Sequence record: NC_005083.2
Direction: 5' to 3' (one strand)
Length of the DNA stretch: 64,000 nt
Part shown: positions 1-8,638 of the stretch, in pieces
How the letters are laid out: each line of letters begins with the position of its first letter
How positions within the stretch are numbered: the stretch's first letter is position 1
Position numbers and translations under genes: made by a program
Notes under the pieces: model-generated
The model's database searches: none
What the model saw: the letters and a program-made list of their open reading frames with translations, nothing else
What the model was told of the DNA's origin: nothing

Positions 1-19
1 GCATTCGCCCCTTTTTTTA
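1..19. terminator. Right half of a Rho-independent terminator cut by the window edge
   Basis: gcattcgcccc followed by a T run; resembles the gggagc-attc-gctccc-ttttt terminator at 25419; overlaps the stop of the - strand gene ending at 17. Confidence 0.5.
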
Positions 20-1072
20 TGGTCTGTAGATCATGTGATTTGAACCCATTCGTTCCCATGTACCTAGATTCATGCGATTTTTCATTTCAACGAAGAATGC
101 GGGGTTTGCTCTAATGTCATCAAGTGGCAGTGCAACAACACCTTCAGTTTTATGCGCCAATAGCTCTAGTTTATCAAGCAAATCAGACGTTGTACGACCG
201 TCATATTTGAATTGACTGAACCAATAACCAATCTTACTGAATTTCGTATCTCTTGTGTATTTCACATCAAAGCCTTTCAGAGCATACGCTAAGTTACTTT
301 CTTTACCGTGAAACGGCTTGCGATATGCGCTATGTTCAGCACCAGCACGAGCAAGCAATCTCTTCTTAGCTGCGTCTGGTAGATTGAACCACCCATCAAA
401 GTTTTTCTTGAAGTTCAACATCCATGCTTCTGGCGTAGCTGGTGAGCCTTTGAAGTATGCTTTCGTATCAGCAATGGCTTGTGCATAGCGTGCGTTAATC
501 TCATGAGAATAGTTCTGATATTCGTCGTGAGACGCTTCGTGACCGCTTTTAGCGTGACGGATGAACTCTTTATCAATGTATCCGCGTTTACGCCCTGAGT
601 GTTGATACACGCCCTCTGCGTCGCTTGTCTCGAAGTCTTCAATGTCACCAGAACGATAGTTGTCGTAAGCGTGTTGCAGTTCATGTAATGCAGTGCTATA
701 CAACTGTGGTTTCTGCAATCTGAATTTCGCCATGATTTGACTAACTGCTGTTACTCCAGTTATATCCACGACAAGCTTGAGATACCCTGCTTCTGTGATC
801 GAGTCGTCATGTAATTTGCCATTCCAAACACCGAGTTCGGTTGGGTTATTATTGTCTAACTTCAGATATGCTAGAATACCTTCAGCTAGTAATGCATCGA
901 ACTCACTCTCACCAGTTCTGATATTCAGAGTTTTTGTGTTGACGGATAGTTTATTTGGATCCCATGGTGCTTTACTTAGAGCGCCTTCTAACTGGCGTTC
1001 CAATGTATCGACGATGGTTTTTGACGCTTGTTCTAATGCGCGTTGTGATTGTACGTTTTCAAAAATAATCAT
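17..1072 (-). CDS. 351 aa protein with zincin-like HExxH metallopeptidase motif; probable late gene
   Basis: ALHELQHAYD then a downstream Glu in YSHEINARYAQ; long ORF; TAAATA box upstream on the - strand. Confidence 0.6.
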   Translation of the reverse strand: MIIFENVQSQRALEQASKTIVDTLERQLEGALSKAPWDPNKLSVNTKTLNIRTGESEFDALLAEGILAYLKLDNNNPTELGVWNGKLHDDSITEAGYLKLVVDITGVTAVSQIMAKFRLQKPQLYSTALHELQHAYDNYRSGDIEDFETSDAEGVYQHSGRKRGYIDKEFIRHAKSGHEASHDEYQNYSHEINARYAQAIADTKAYFKGSPATPEAWMLNFKKNFDGWFNLPDAAKKRLLARAGAEHSAYRKPFHGKESNLAYALKGFDVKYTRDTKFSKIGYWFSQFKYDGRTTSDLLDKLELLAHKTEGVVALPLDDIRANPAFFVEMKNRMNLGTWERMGSNHMIYRP

Positions 1073-1090
1073 CTTTTTTCTCGAATTCGG

Positions 1091-1152
1091 TTGACTGTAT
1101 TACTTATTTAGGTTAATATCTCTCTCATCGAAACGAAAGAGAGAACATTATG
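1091..1152 (+). promoter_or_regulatory. Early-type sigma70 promoter cassette with RBS
   Basis: TTGACT 1091-1096, 17 bp, TAATAT 1114-1119, ATCGAAACG 1127-1135, GAGAGAACATTATG. Confidence 0.75.
1105..1110 (-). promoter_or_regulatory. T4-type late promoter core (TAAATA)
   Basis: tattta on + reads TAAATA on -, about 33 nt upstream of the ATG at 1072. Confidence 0.6.
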
Positions 1153-1845
1153 ACTAATGCAGCACGCAAATATGTATACGACATCTTCCATGATGAGCTT
1201 CAAAAGCCGGTTGTGAATCTAGACGTATTTAAAATCAAGGGTTCAGATGGTAAGCCAGTGATTAACTATCTATCGAACCCGCACCTACGCAAACAACGCT
1301 TTATTATGTTCGTGAATAAACGACATAACATCAAGTATGGACGTTCTTTTTGGTCGCATGATATTCGTGATGATTGTGACAAAATCGAAGGTACTTGGTC
1401 GAGCGTGGCTAAGGAAATCATCAAACGCAAAGCCGAATACGCAAATTACGTGACTAAGACGTATCTTGATTACGACTATGGTGTTGAAGAGCCGACCCTT
1501 GCAATCATCGACAAGATGCTGAACAAGCCGAAGCGTTTTCACGTTGCAAAGTACATCAATAATGAACTGTGTGTCAGTTCGACGAACAATTCAACTGTGC
1601 TAATTGATCGTGATACTGGTGTGAAATTCGTTGCGAAGATGCAAGATTATCGCCATACTAGTGATATAATGCGACTTGCAACACCTGAAAAAGTGTTTAC
1701 ACCTAACGAAGAAAAAGCACTTTGCAGTGCAATTACACATCTTGTAAATTCTCGCATCAACGATATTCGTGCTAAGAAACGTGCGAAAGAAGAGAAACGC
1801 CGCCAAGCAAAACGTCAACAACTAATCGAAGCATACGGGGCATAA
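1150..1845 (+). CDS. Hypothetical protein, 231 aa, basic C-terminal helix
   Basis: ORF behind promoter cassette and RBS. Confidence 0.85.
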   Translation: MTNAARKYVYDIFHDELQKPVVNLDVFKIKGSDGKPVINYLSNPHLRKQRFIMFVNKRHNIKYGRSFWSHDIRDDCDKIEGTWSSVAKEIIKRKAEYANYVTKTYLDYDYGVEEPTLAIIDKMLNKPKRFHVAKYINNELCVSSTNNSTVLIDRDTGVKFVAKMQDYRHTSDIMRLATPEKVFTPNEEKALCSAITHLVNSRINDIRAKKRAKEEKRRQAKRQQLIEAYGA

Positions 1846-1847
1846 TC

Positions 1848-2240
1848 ATGGCATACGAAGTAATCAACGGCAAATTGCGTAAAGTAAAGAAAAACAAGCC
1901 ACGCGACTATGATAAAGAATGGTCAAAGATGCACGAATCTGCCAAGAAGCAAGTCGAAATCATGGATCGTATTCATGAACGTGAGCGCATTGACCGTCTA
2001 GGTACTCGTGAGCGTCACGAAGCAATGATTGACCTTGCTAAACGCAATGAGCGTAAAGGTAAGAAAGGCGGTGACTGTAACGTAACTCAGTGTCAAAAGC
2101 CAGGCGCAAGCTCTTACAACACTGCAATGAGAGCGTATTACTGCGAGTCTTGTGCTCACGATATTTGGCAAGCAGGTCAACGCGACGGTCGTGACTTCAT
2201 TCGACCAACACCAGATTACACATACAAGTACGAGGGTTAA
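1848..2240 (+). CDS. Hypothetical protein with C-terminal Cys cluster (possible Zn finger)
   Basis: CNVTQC...YYCESC; follows upstream gene closely. Confidence 0.75.
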   Translation: MAYEVINGKLRKVKKNKPRDYDKEWSKMHESAKKQVEIMDRIHERERIDRLGTRERHEAMIDLAKRNERKGKKGGDCNVTQCQKPGASSYNTAMRAYYCESCAHDIWQAGQRDGRDFIRPTPDYTYKYEG

Positions 2241-2244
2241 TCTC

Positions 2245-2484
2245 ATGGGCGATTTTCTATTGGCAATGTTTATCTTCTCGTTCGTAATGGCAAACATCGG
2301 TTCGATTTTCATTTGCTTGTATGCGGCATTCAATCGCCAATACAACGTACCGATGATCTTAGTTGCACTGTACGGGTTCATGGGTACATTTGTTGTCGGC
2401 ATCGTGTTCTTTCTGCTGTTCATCTTTGCCAAAATCGAAGAAACGAAATTCTGGCAAAAACTGTCTAAAATGAGGGAATTCTAA
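2245..2484 (+). CDS. Small membrane protein, 79 aa
   Basis: Two hydrophobic segments; start moved from 2152 to ATG 2245 after GAGG. Confidence 0.7.
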   Translation: MGDFLLAMFIFSFVMANIGSIFICLYAAFNRQYNVPMILVALYGFMGTFVVGIVFFLLFIFAKIEETKFWQKLSKMREF

Positions 2485-2816
2485 TGCAACAAACTGTATT
2501 ATTCATCGACTTCCGCAACCCACACACTGCGATTGTCGCCAACACGACATTACGAGACAAAAACTTCGATTTGTCGGGTATGGGATTGCGTCGAGCTTGT
2601 CAGTCGAACTATATTGCACTTGAGAAGCAAGGCAAATGGCGTTTAGTGAAATGTCGTTACATGTTTGGGTTCGAATCTATGGAATTCAACACGCTCGATG
2701 GTGTTGTTGCATTCATCAACGCGATTAACATCGACAACAATCAACCATTGATTCGTGAAGTTGTTGTTGAAGAAGTCGCACCCGTGTACACTAACATTAA
2801 AGTACGAGGTTTATAA
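2484..2816 (+). CDS. Hypothetical protein, 110 aa
   Basis: TAATG coupling at both ends. Confidence 0.8.
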   Translation: MQQTVLFIDFRNPHTAIVANTTLRDKNFDLSGMGLRRACQSNYIALEKQGKWRLVKCRYMFGFESMEFNTLDGVVAFINAINIDNNQPLIREVVVEEVAPVYTNIKVRGL

Positions 2817-3097
2817 TGGGATTTGAAACAAAAATTATCTGCTATGCAGCGCACGTAACTGAATTTGAGCCAGGATGGGGAACTCGACCAGATGGTTACA
2901 TCATTGCCAAGACTGAAGCTGATGTTCTGGCAAAAGGCGAGCACATGCGAGAGATCGCTAAACAATCCAAACACGGCTATGAGTATATCGGTGAAGTCTT
3001 TAAGTTCGAACCGACTCAGAAAGCTATTGATGAATTAACCGACCGTGACTATATCTGGACTGGTCGAAACTTTGATGAATGGGGTACTGTACTATGA
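2816..3097 (+). CDS. Hypothetical protein, 93 aa
   Basis: Coupled ORF. Confidence 0.8.
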   Translation: MGFETKIICYAAHVTEFEPGWGTRPDGYIIAKTEADVLAKGEHMREIAKQSKHGYEYIGEVFKFEPTQKAIDELTDRDYIWTGRNFDEWGTVL

Positions 3098-3327
3098 CAA
3101 TCTTTCTGCTTGTATCATTCTTTCTAGGCGCTTATTTCATGAGCGAACTGCCACCAGAATTGCGATACAAAACAACATCGCCTAAGAAACTATGGGCTTC
3201 TGCATCACGACTGCAACAAATTGCACTTGTTGTCGGGTTTGTCGGCGTGCTGTTCTTCTACTTGATTCTAGCTATCCTAATTGGATGGACTAAAGTTAAA
3301 GAATCTGACTGGAATCGCAAGGCATGA
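3094..3327 (+). CDS. Small membrane protein, 77 aa
   Basis: Two hydrophobic segments; ATGA overlap with upstream stop. Confidence 0.7.
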   Translation: MTIFLLVSFFLGAYFMSELPPELRYKTTSPKKLWASASRLQQIALVVGFVGVLFFYLILAILIGWTKVKESDWNRKA

Positions 3328-3494
3328 TAGTTCTTCAGCACGAGACTGACGGGTATATCGTCCAAATTGGATGTGACATTTGTTGCACCCCTGACATTGA
3401 CAAAGCATCCATGTTCGAAACTGTTGGTGTCGCACAAGAATTCAAAGATCAATGGGACTTATGGGACTGGGAAGTTAGAGAGGTCGGCTTATGA
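3324..3494 (+). CDS. Hypothetical protein, 56 aa (hand-called)
   Basis: MIVLQHETDGYIVQIGCDICC...; ATGA overlaps at both ends fill the gap exactly. Confidence 0.7.
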   Translation: MIVLQHETDGYIVQIGCDICCTPDIDKASMFETVGVAQEFKDQWDLWDWEVREVGL

Positions 3495-3679
3495 TGCGTA
3501 GGCATGAAATTCAAGAACTAGTTGAGCGTCGCGGGTTTGAATTTCGCGAAGCAATCAATGAATACAGCGAATCACGTTGGCAAGTCATCGACAATGGTAC
3601 AGTGGTCTACGAATCATACAATGAATACTGCATTGAAGCATTCTTGCTTGGCGTAGATTACATCACAGACGCAATTTAA
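3491..3679 (+). CDS. Hypothetical protein, 62 aa
   Basis: Coupled ORF with GAGG RBS. Confidence 0.75.
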   Translation: MMRRHEIQELVERRGFEFREAINEYSESRWQVIDNGTVVYESYNEYCIEAFLLGVDYITDAI

Positions 3680-3699
3680 GCCGCATTTCGCGGCTTTTT
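3678..3699 (+). terminator. Rho-independent terminator
   Basis: aagccgc-atttc-gcggctt followed by ttt. Confidence 0.75.
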
Positions 3700-3708
3700 G
3701 AGGTTCAT

Positions 3709-4011
3709 ATGAAGAAACAAATATTAAACATTCAGCGCGACGATGCGAAATTCGAGCTATATCGTCAAGGTCAAGCTGCACGTCATGCACGTGCTGAAAT
3801 CATCCGACACGTTGCGAAGAATCATAACCCATTTCTAGTTGGTCAATACACGCTTTACAAAGAGCACGACGTGAAAATCGTTCGTCAGTTGCTGCGTTAT
3901 GCTGAGATAGATGCTGATGTGCGAGTTGTCCCTACGATTGGTCGTTTACCAGACTGTTTGAACGAAATTCACGGAATCGGGTTCGAGGTAACGCTAAATA
4001 ATGATAGTTAA
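3709..4011 (+). CDS. Hypothetical protein, 100 aa
   Basis: GAGG RBS, ORF. Confidence 0.8.
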   Translation: MKKQILNIQRDDAKFELYRQGQAARHARAEIIRHVAKNHNPFLVGQYTLYKEHDVKIVRQLLRYAEIDADVRVVPTIGRLPDCLNEIHGIGFEVTLNNDS

Positions 4012-4285
4012 CATTGCTCATCATTCTTTTGATGTGTACATTGGTCGCGGCACACCGTTCGGAAATCCATTCAAAGCAGGGATCGACGGCACTCGGAGCG
4101 AAGTTATTGAGCTTTATCGAGAGTGGTTGCGCATTCAATTACAAGACGACGAATTTAAAAAGCAGTTTATGCAACTAAAAGGAAAGATTCTCGGCTGTCA
4201 TTGTAAGCCAAAAGCGTGCCATGGCGATGTAATTCTCGAAGAACTTGATAGATTGAGCAGCCCACTAAACAATTTTATAGGTTAA
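4001..4285 (+). CDS. DUF4326-family protein
   Basis: DVYIGRGTPFGNPF and LGCHCKPKACHGDV motifs. Confidence 0.85.
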   Translation: MIVNIAHHSFDVYIGRGTPFGNPFKAGIDGTRSEVIELYREWLRIQLQDDEFKKQFMQLKGKILGCHCKPKACHGDVILEELDRLSSPLNNFIG

Positions 4286-4288
4286 TCT

Positions 4289-4582
4289 ATGAGAGAAGCA
4301 ATTGCATTATTAAGCAACACGAGAATGGGATATACTGACATTAGCGCATTTGGCGATCCAGTATTATATGTTCATGCGGGACATGAGACGGTATTAAAAG
4401 TGCAATACACTGAAGATTGCTACTCATTTTACGACTACAGAAGCAAGTATCTTTATACAGAGCAGTCCATCGACGACTTAGAGATACATTTGAAATCAAT
4501 AGATGTCGGGTTAGACGATGATCTACCGTTAAATGGGAACATCGACAAAGACACGATACCAGACGGGGAATTTTTAGAATGA
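4289..4582 (+). CDS. Hypothetical protein, 97 aa, acidic C-terminus
   Basis: ORF, ATGA-coupled to next gene. Confidence 0.7.
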   Translation: MREAIALLSNTRMGYTDISAFGDPVLYVHAGHETVLKVQYTEDCYSFYDYRSKYLYTEQSIDDLEIHLKSIDVGLDDDLPLNGNIDKDTIPDGEFLE

Positions 4583-5499
4583 AGTTTAGTGAATATCAAA
4601 GAATAAACGAATCTCTGGATCGCCCTGCCAATTATAAACTGGTTAGAGAACTCCCAAACTTAAACGTGTATGCGTTTCAAGTTGATGGTGTTTATTATGA
4701 AATAGACATTCAGAAATCAAACATACGAGAGCCTAATGGGATGCAGTCAATGAAAGCTGAAGTCTCATTCAAAGCACTCGACGGTAGTGGTTATCAACTA
4801 ACCAAAAAAGACGATAAAACGGCACGAATTGTACTATCAACCGTAGTTGATGCTATCTTCAGCTTCGTACGCGAATACAATCCTGCTCAAATATTATATT
4901 CTGCATTCAACGATGCTGATCCGTCAGATGCGGCTAAACGACTTCGTTTATATCAGATCATGACTAAAGCAAAACTGCGTGAATTCCCCGAATATGATTT
5001 CCGAAACGTTGGGCGTGATTTCATCGTATACGATGTCAATTACCAAAAACGAGTCGAGGAATTTTCAAGAAGAGCACGTAGACCAGTGGGATATGAAGAA
5101 AGATCAGACCACGTTGAAGTGAATTTATCACATGCCAACGCCTTTGCGTTTATACGAGCGTTTGGGGTAAATGAAGGCGACTCGAAGAGCGGCGTACTAG
5201 GTAAAGGTCGAGCTTTCGTAGGAGCAACAAACGAAATTAAAGCACGTCTGAGAGTAGATCGTGTGGTGTATGAAATGTCTGACAGAGAAGGGTGGCTTGC
5301 GGCTCTTCAGCACCCTATTTTTGACTATGGCGAGGGTCCTGAAGTTGATCGAACATATCTAGTCGGGGCATTTAAAAACTTCTATATCGTGTTGACTAGT
5401 CAAACAAGTCTAAAAATATACACCGATGATGCTGCGTTTACAAAATATGTGAATGCTTTCGACGCGCCATGGTTAAACCCAGAAATAATGGAATCTTAA
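4579..5499 (+). CDS. Hypothetical 306 aa protein, paralog of 5502..6353; candidate internal head protein
   Basis: N-terminus MKFSEYQRINES; shared motif YSAFNDADPSDAAKRLRLY. Confidence 0.8.
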   Translation: MKFSEYQRINESLDRPANYKLVRELPNLNVYAFQVDGVYYEIDIQKSNIREPNGMQSMKAEVSFKALDGSGYQLTKKDDKTARIVLSTVVDAIFSFVREYNPAQILYSAFNDADPSDAAKRLRLYQIMTKAKLREFPEYDFRNVGRDFIVYDVNYQKRVEEFSRRARRPVGYEERSDHVEVNLSHANAFAFIRAFGVNEGDSKSGVLGKGRAFVGATNEIKARLRVDRVVYEMSDREGWLAALQHPIFDYGEGPEVDRTYLVGAFKNFYIVLTSQTSLKIYTDDAAFTKYVNAFDAPWLNPEIMES

Positions 5500-5501
5500 A
5501 A

Positions 5502-6353
5502 ATGAAATTTAGCGAATATCAAAACGAGCTAACGGAAGCATTTGATCGACCTGCACAGATCACAGCACGTCGTGGCAATCAGAGTTTTTTCATGATTGGT
5601 GACACTGAGTACATGGTCGGGTTGTATTACGACGACTCGAAAAAATCACTCGGAGTTGACTTCATGCATAAGCCAGGTGATTCAGCAACGTACCACTACA
5701 GCTTAGCCAAAGGCAACTCAAAAGACGCCATGACTGTTTTTGCAACCGTGATTGCAGAAATCAAGCGACTTATGAACGACAAACCGGTCAATCGAATCAG
5801 CTTCAGTGCGTTTCAAGACTCTGACAGTTCAGATGCTAAAAAGCGTTTTCGATTGTACAAGCGCATGGCAGAACGCTTCAGCAAAGAACTCGGGTTCAGA
5901 ATGACCACTTATGGTGATTCTTTCGTATTGACACGTGTAAACCCTGTTGCAGTCAACGTAGAAGAACCAACTGGTTATGATACAGCGTGGGGTACTGAAA
6001 TGCTCGATCTGCGTGAAGTCAACGACGCTGCAATTGCCAAAGTCACAGAAGGTGATGGTGAATGGCGTTTGAATAACTGGAACAAGCTGATTGTTCGCAA
6101 CGGAAAAGTAACGCTAACATCGGGTCCAATTCGAATGTCAGACGCTTGGTACGATGCGTTTTACGACTTAGAATGGTATCACGATGAAGAAGGCGAACAA
6201 TGGTTCGATGATGAACAGAAGATCGCGATCATCAATGGTAAAGTTTGGGTCGTCAATGACATGGAAATTACTATTTGGCCAAGTATTGAGAAATTAGAAT
6301 TGCAAAGTGACTCGGAATTATCAAGCGGGACACGTCAATTGCTTGGATATTAA
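5502..6353 (+). CDS. Hypothetical 283 aa protein, paralog of 4579..5499; candidate internal head protein
   Basis: N-terminus MKFSEYQNELTEA (start moved from 5469); motif FSAFQDSDSSDAKKRFRLY. Confidence 0.8.
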   Translation: MKFSEYQNELTEAFDRPAQITARRGNQSFFMIGDTEYMVGLYYDDSKKSLGVDFMHKPGDSATYHYSLAKGNSKDAMTVFATVIAEIKRLMNDKPVNRISFSAFQDSDSSDAKKRFRLYKRMAERFSKELGFRMTTYGDSFVLTRVNPVAVNVEEPTGYDTAWGTEMLDLREVNDAAIAKVTEGDGEWRLNNWNKLIVRNGKVTLTSGPIRMSDAWYDAFYDLEWYHDEEGEQWFDDEQKIAIINGKVWVVNDMEITIWPSIEKLELQSDSELSSGTRQLLGY

Positions 6354-6357
6354 TCAG

Positions 6358-6382
6358 AAAGGTAGCTTCGGCTACCTTTTTT
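6358..6382 (+). terminator. Rho-independent terminator with UUCG loop
   Basis: aaaggtagc-ttcg-gctacc-tttttt. Confidence 0.9.
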
Positions 6383-6403
6383 CGTTTTCAGAGCAAAAAA
6401 CGG

Positions 6404-6447
6404 TTGCATGAAATGCTCAAAACCCCTATTATAGCTTCATCGAAACG
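6404..6447 (+). promoter_or_regulatory. Early-type promoter cassette
   Basis: TTGCAT 6404-6409, 17 bp, TATTAT 6427-6432, ATCGAAACG 6439-6447. Confidence 0.8.
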
Positions 6448-6462
6448 AAAGAGGAAAACGAA

Positions 6463-6762
6463 ATGGATGTAACATCAAAACTTGAATTGTCGATGAAAGA
6501 ATTCGTTGACGTTCCATACAACGAGCACAAAACTCATTCTCTTGTTGGTCAAGCAAGTGAGCACATTAACTCGTACTACAATAATCCGGGTGAAATCGTG
6601 ACTTCAAACGTCATGTACGTTGAAATCAACGGTGGTATTGTGTATGCTGTAACGCACTCTAAGAGTCGCTACCAGCTAACCAATGTGTCTCATGATGAGA
6701 TTGCACAAATGGTTAAAGCCGCAAGCGAACGCGGGATTAATATTCCGCTTTACAAAAACTAG
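6463..6762 (+). CDS. Hypothetical protein, 99 aa
   Basis: GAGG RBS behind promoter. Confidence 0.85.
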   Translation: MDVTSKLELSMKEFVDVPYNEHKTHSLVGQASEHINSYYNNPGEIVTSNVMYVEINGGIVYAVTHSKSRYQLTNVSHDEIAQMVKAASERGINIPLYKN

Positions 6763-6822
6763 AAAAATTGCTTTAATACAAACTGATTCACTACTTTTGA
6801 TTACTTTTGAGAGAAATATATT

Positions 6823-7137
6823 ATGACTACTATCGTAAACTTCACTGCTGCAATCGAACTAACTACTAAAGCTCTTGTTGAAACTAACCGTATCGAGGGT
6901 CGTTTCTACAACTCACGCATCGGTCACGAGCAAGGTGAGCAAGCGAAAACTGACGCAGTTCGAGCGTTCAAAGTAATCGACAACAAAGTATATGCTGAAA
7001 CTCGCAACTGCGTGTTCCATCTTCGCAATCTGTCTGCTCTTGCCCTAGCTGACTTCAATACTATCAACGCACCAGTGTACATGAAGAAAGCCGATGCTGA
7101 GTTCGACGAAATGGTTAAATCAGCCCTGTTCTCGTAA
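6823..7137 (+). CDS. Hypothetical protein, 104 aa
   Basis: GAGAGA RBS; coupled to cd. Confidence 0.85.
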   Translation: MTTIVNFTAAIELTTKALVETNRIEGRFYNSRIGHEQGEQAKTDAVRAFKVIDNKVYAETRNCVFHLRNLSALALADFNTINAPVYMKKADAEFDEMVKSALFS

Positions 7138-7589
7138 TGTACCCGAAGAATAAAAGCTATTATGACTTGGTGTATCTTGACATCGCCAAGTCATTTGCTA
7201 AGAAAAGCACCTGCAAACAGAAGCAAGTAGGTGCTGTCATCGTCAAGAATGATCGCATTATCTCACACGGTTACAATGGTACGCCGTCAGGCATGCTTCA
7301 CTGTAAAGATACCGCTGACTTCGGTGATCTAACTCACCGTCAATGGTCAGAAATTCACGAGATTCATGCTGAACAAAACGCGATTTGCTACGCTGCACGC
7401 GCTGGCATATCTACTGAAGGCGCGACTATGTACGTCACAGCGTCGCCGTGTCATAACTGTGCCAAGCTGATAGTCGCGGCTGGTATCAAAATTCTCATTG
7501 TAGGTTCGATTTACAGCGGTTCGCAACCCGATTGGTGGCACTGGCTACGTGATCGCGGTGTGAAAGTTATTATGTTCGAAGACGAATAA
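7137..7589 (+). CDS. cd: dCMP deaminase
   Basis: VGAVIVK..IISHGYNGTPSG, HAEQNAI and PCHNC Zn-deaminase motifs. Confidence 0.95.
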   Translation: MYPKNKSYYDLVYLDIAKSFAKKSTCKQKQVGAVIVKNDRIISHGYNGTPSGMLHCKDTADFGDLTHRQWSEIHEIHAEQNAICYAARAGISTEGATMYVTASPCHNCAKLIVAAGIKILIVGSIYSGSQPDWWHWLRDRGVKVIMFEDE

Positions 7590-7643
7590 TGTTTAATATA
7601 AGTAATTCGGACTTATAATAGAGCTTTAACAAGAGAGAAACAT

Positions 7644-8570
7644 ATGAAAAGTACAATGTTTTTGAACAACATCACATGCATCGACCATGCATGGGTTGAT
7701 GATATGGGTGAAATGAATGGTAATAGCTACAATCTATGTGTAGAAATTACCGGTGAAGTTGACGAGACTGAACAAGTTGTTATTGATTTCAGTGGTTGTA
7801 AGAAAGCAATCAAACATCTTGTGGATGATTCTGAATTCGCCATTGATCATCGTCTAGTCGTCGTTGACGGGTTTAGTGATGCAGTTCTTTCTCAAGTCGA
7901 AGATCGACTACGCATTCAAATCGACACGCCGGTCTTTCATGCAGTGTCCACGGTTGACGACTGGTATCAAGTCATCAAGCCGAGCGAATTGATTGAAGCC
8001 GACTTTAAAATCCCTAGCGATTCTCTGTACATGTCGTATGTTACTGAGTATCTTGAAGATATGCTGCTTGAACAGCTACGCAAGCAAGGTTATCCCGTTA
8101 CACACGTCGCTGTAGAGCTTTCAGAGTCGTTTGACTTACCATCATGGGCAAACAGTCACGTTGAATTCAATTACGCTCACGGACTGCGTTCAAGCACATC
8201 ATACGGATGTCAGAACATTGCACACGGTCATCGTTCATTCATTGCAGTAGATCAGCATTTGAACAGTAACGGTCGCAAGGTGCTGAAGCGCATTGCTAAA
8301 GAAATGAGCGGTTATATTGCTTGGTCAGAAAACATTCGCAAAGAAGATGAAGTGTCTTACACTTCAAAACGCGGCAACTTCTACTTGAGACACAGCAATA
8401 TCAAAGTAATCCCGACGGAAACTACAGTCGAAAATCTAGCCAATTACATTGCAACTACATACGAAGAAGAGTTCCAACGAATGGGAGTTCAGCGTGTGTG
8501 GGTATCTGAGGGTCTATCAAAAGGCTCGGTTGTAGACATCAAAATCAACAAAGAATTGCTCTATAAGTAA
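7644..8570 (+). CDS. queD: QueD-like 6-carboxytetrahydropterin synthase (double length, two T-fold halves)
   Basis: HGLRSSTSYGCQNIAHGH and TTVENLA motifs in C-terminal half; VIDF..CKKAIKHLVD...IDHR in N-terminal half; adjacent to folE. Confidence 0.8.
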   Translation: MKSTMFLNNITCIDHAWVDDMGEMNGNSYNLCVEITGEVDETEQVVIDFSGCKKAIKHLVDDSEFAIDHRLVVVDGFSDAVLSQVEDRLRIQIDTPVFHAVSTVDDWYQVIKPSELIEADFKIPSDSLYMSYVTEYLEDMLLEQLRKQGYPVTHVAVELSESFDLPSWANSHVEFNYAHGLRSSTSYGCQNIAHGHRSFIAVDQHLNSNGRKVLKRIAKEMSGYIAWSENIRKEDEVSYTSKRGNFYLRHSNIKVIPTETTVENLANYIATTYEEEFQRMGVQRVWVSEGLSKGSVVDIKINKELLYK

Positions 8571-8587
8571 TCAACAAATTAATGTTT

Positions 8588-8611
8588 AGTAGCACGTCTC
8601 GGCGTGCTATT
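8588..8611 (+). other. Intercistronic hairpin (possible terminator or processing site)
   Basis: agtagcacg-tctcgg-cgtgctatt between queD and folE. Confidence 0.6.
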
Positions 8612-8638
8612 ATTGTTTTCTATCAATGAGGAAATAGA

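Noticed and set aside
3995-4000. TAAATA as the late promoter of the 4001-6353 block
   Set aside because: It abuts the ATG at 4001, leaving no leader for that gene; possible for downstream genes but not supportable without transcript mapping.
6763-6796. T4 MotA-box middle promoter (aattgcttta)
   Set aside because: No TATAAT at the MotA spacing; equally explained as an ordinary TTGCTT -35.
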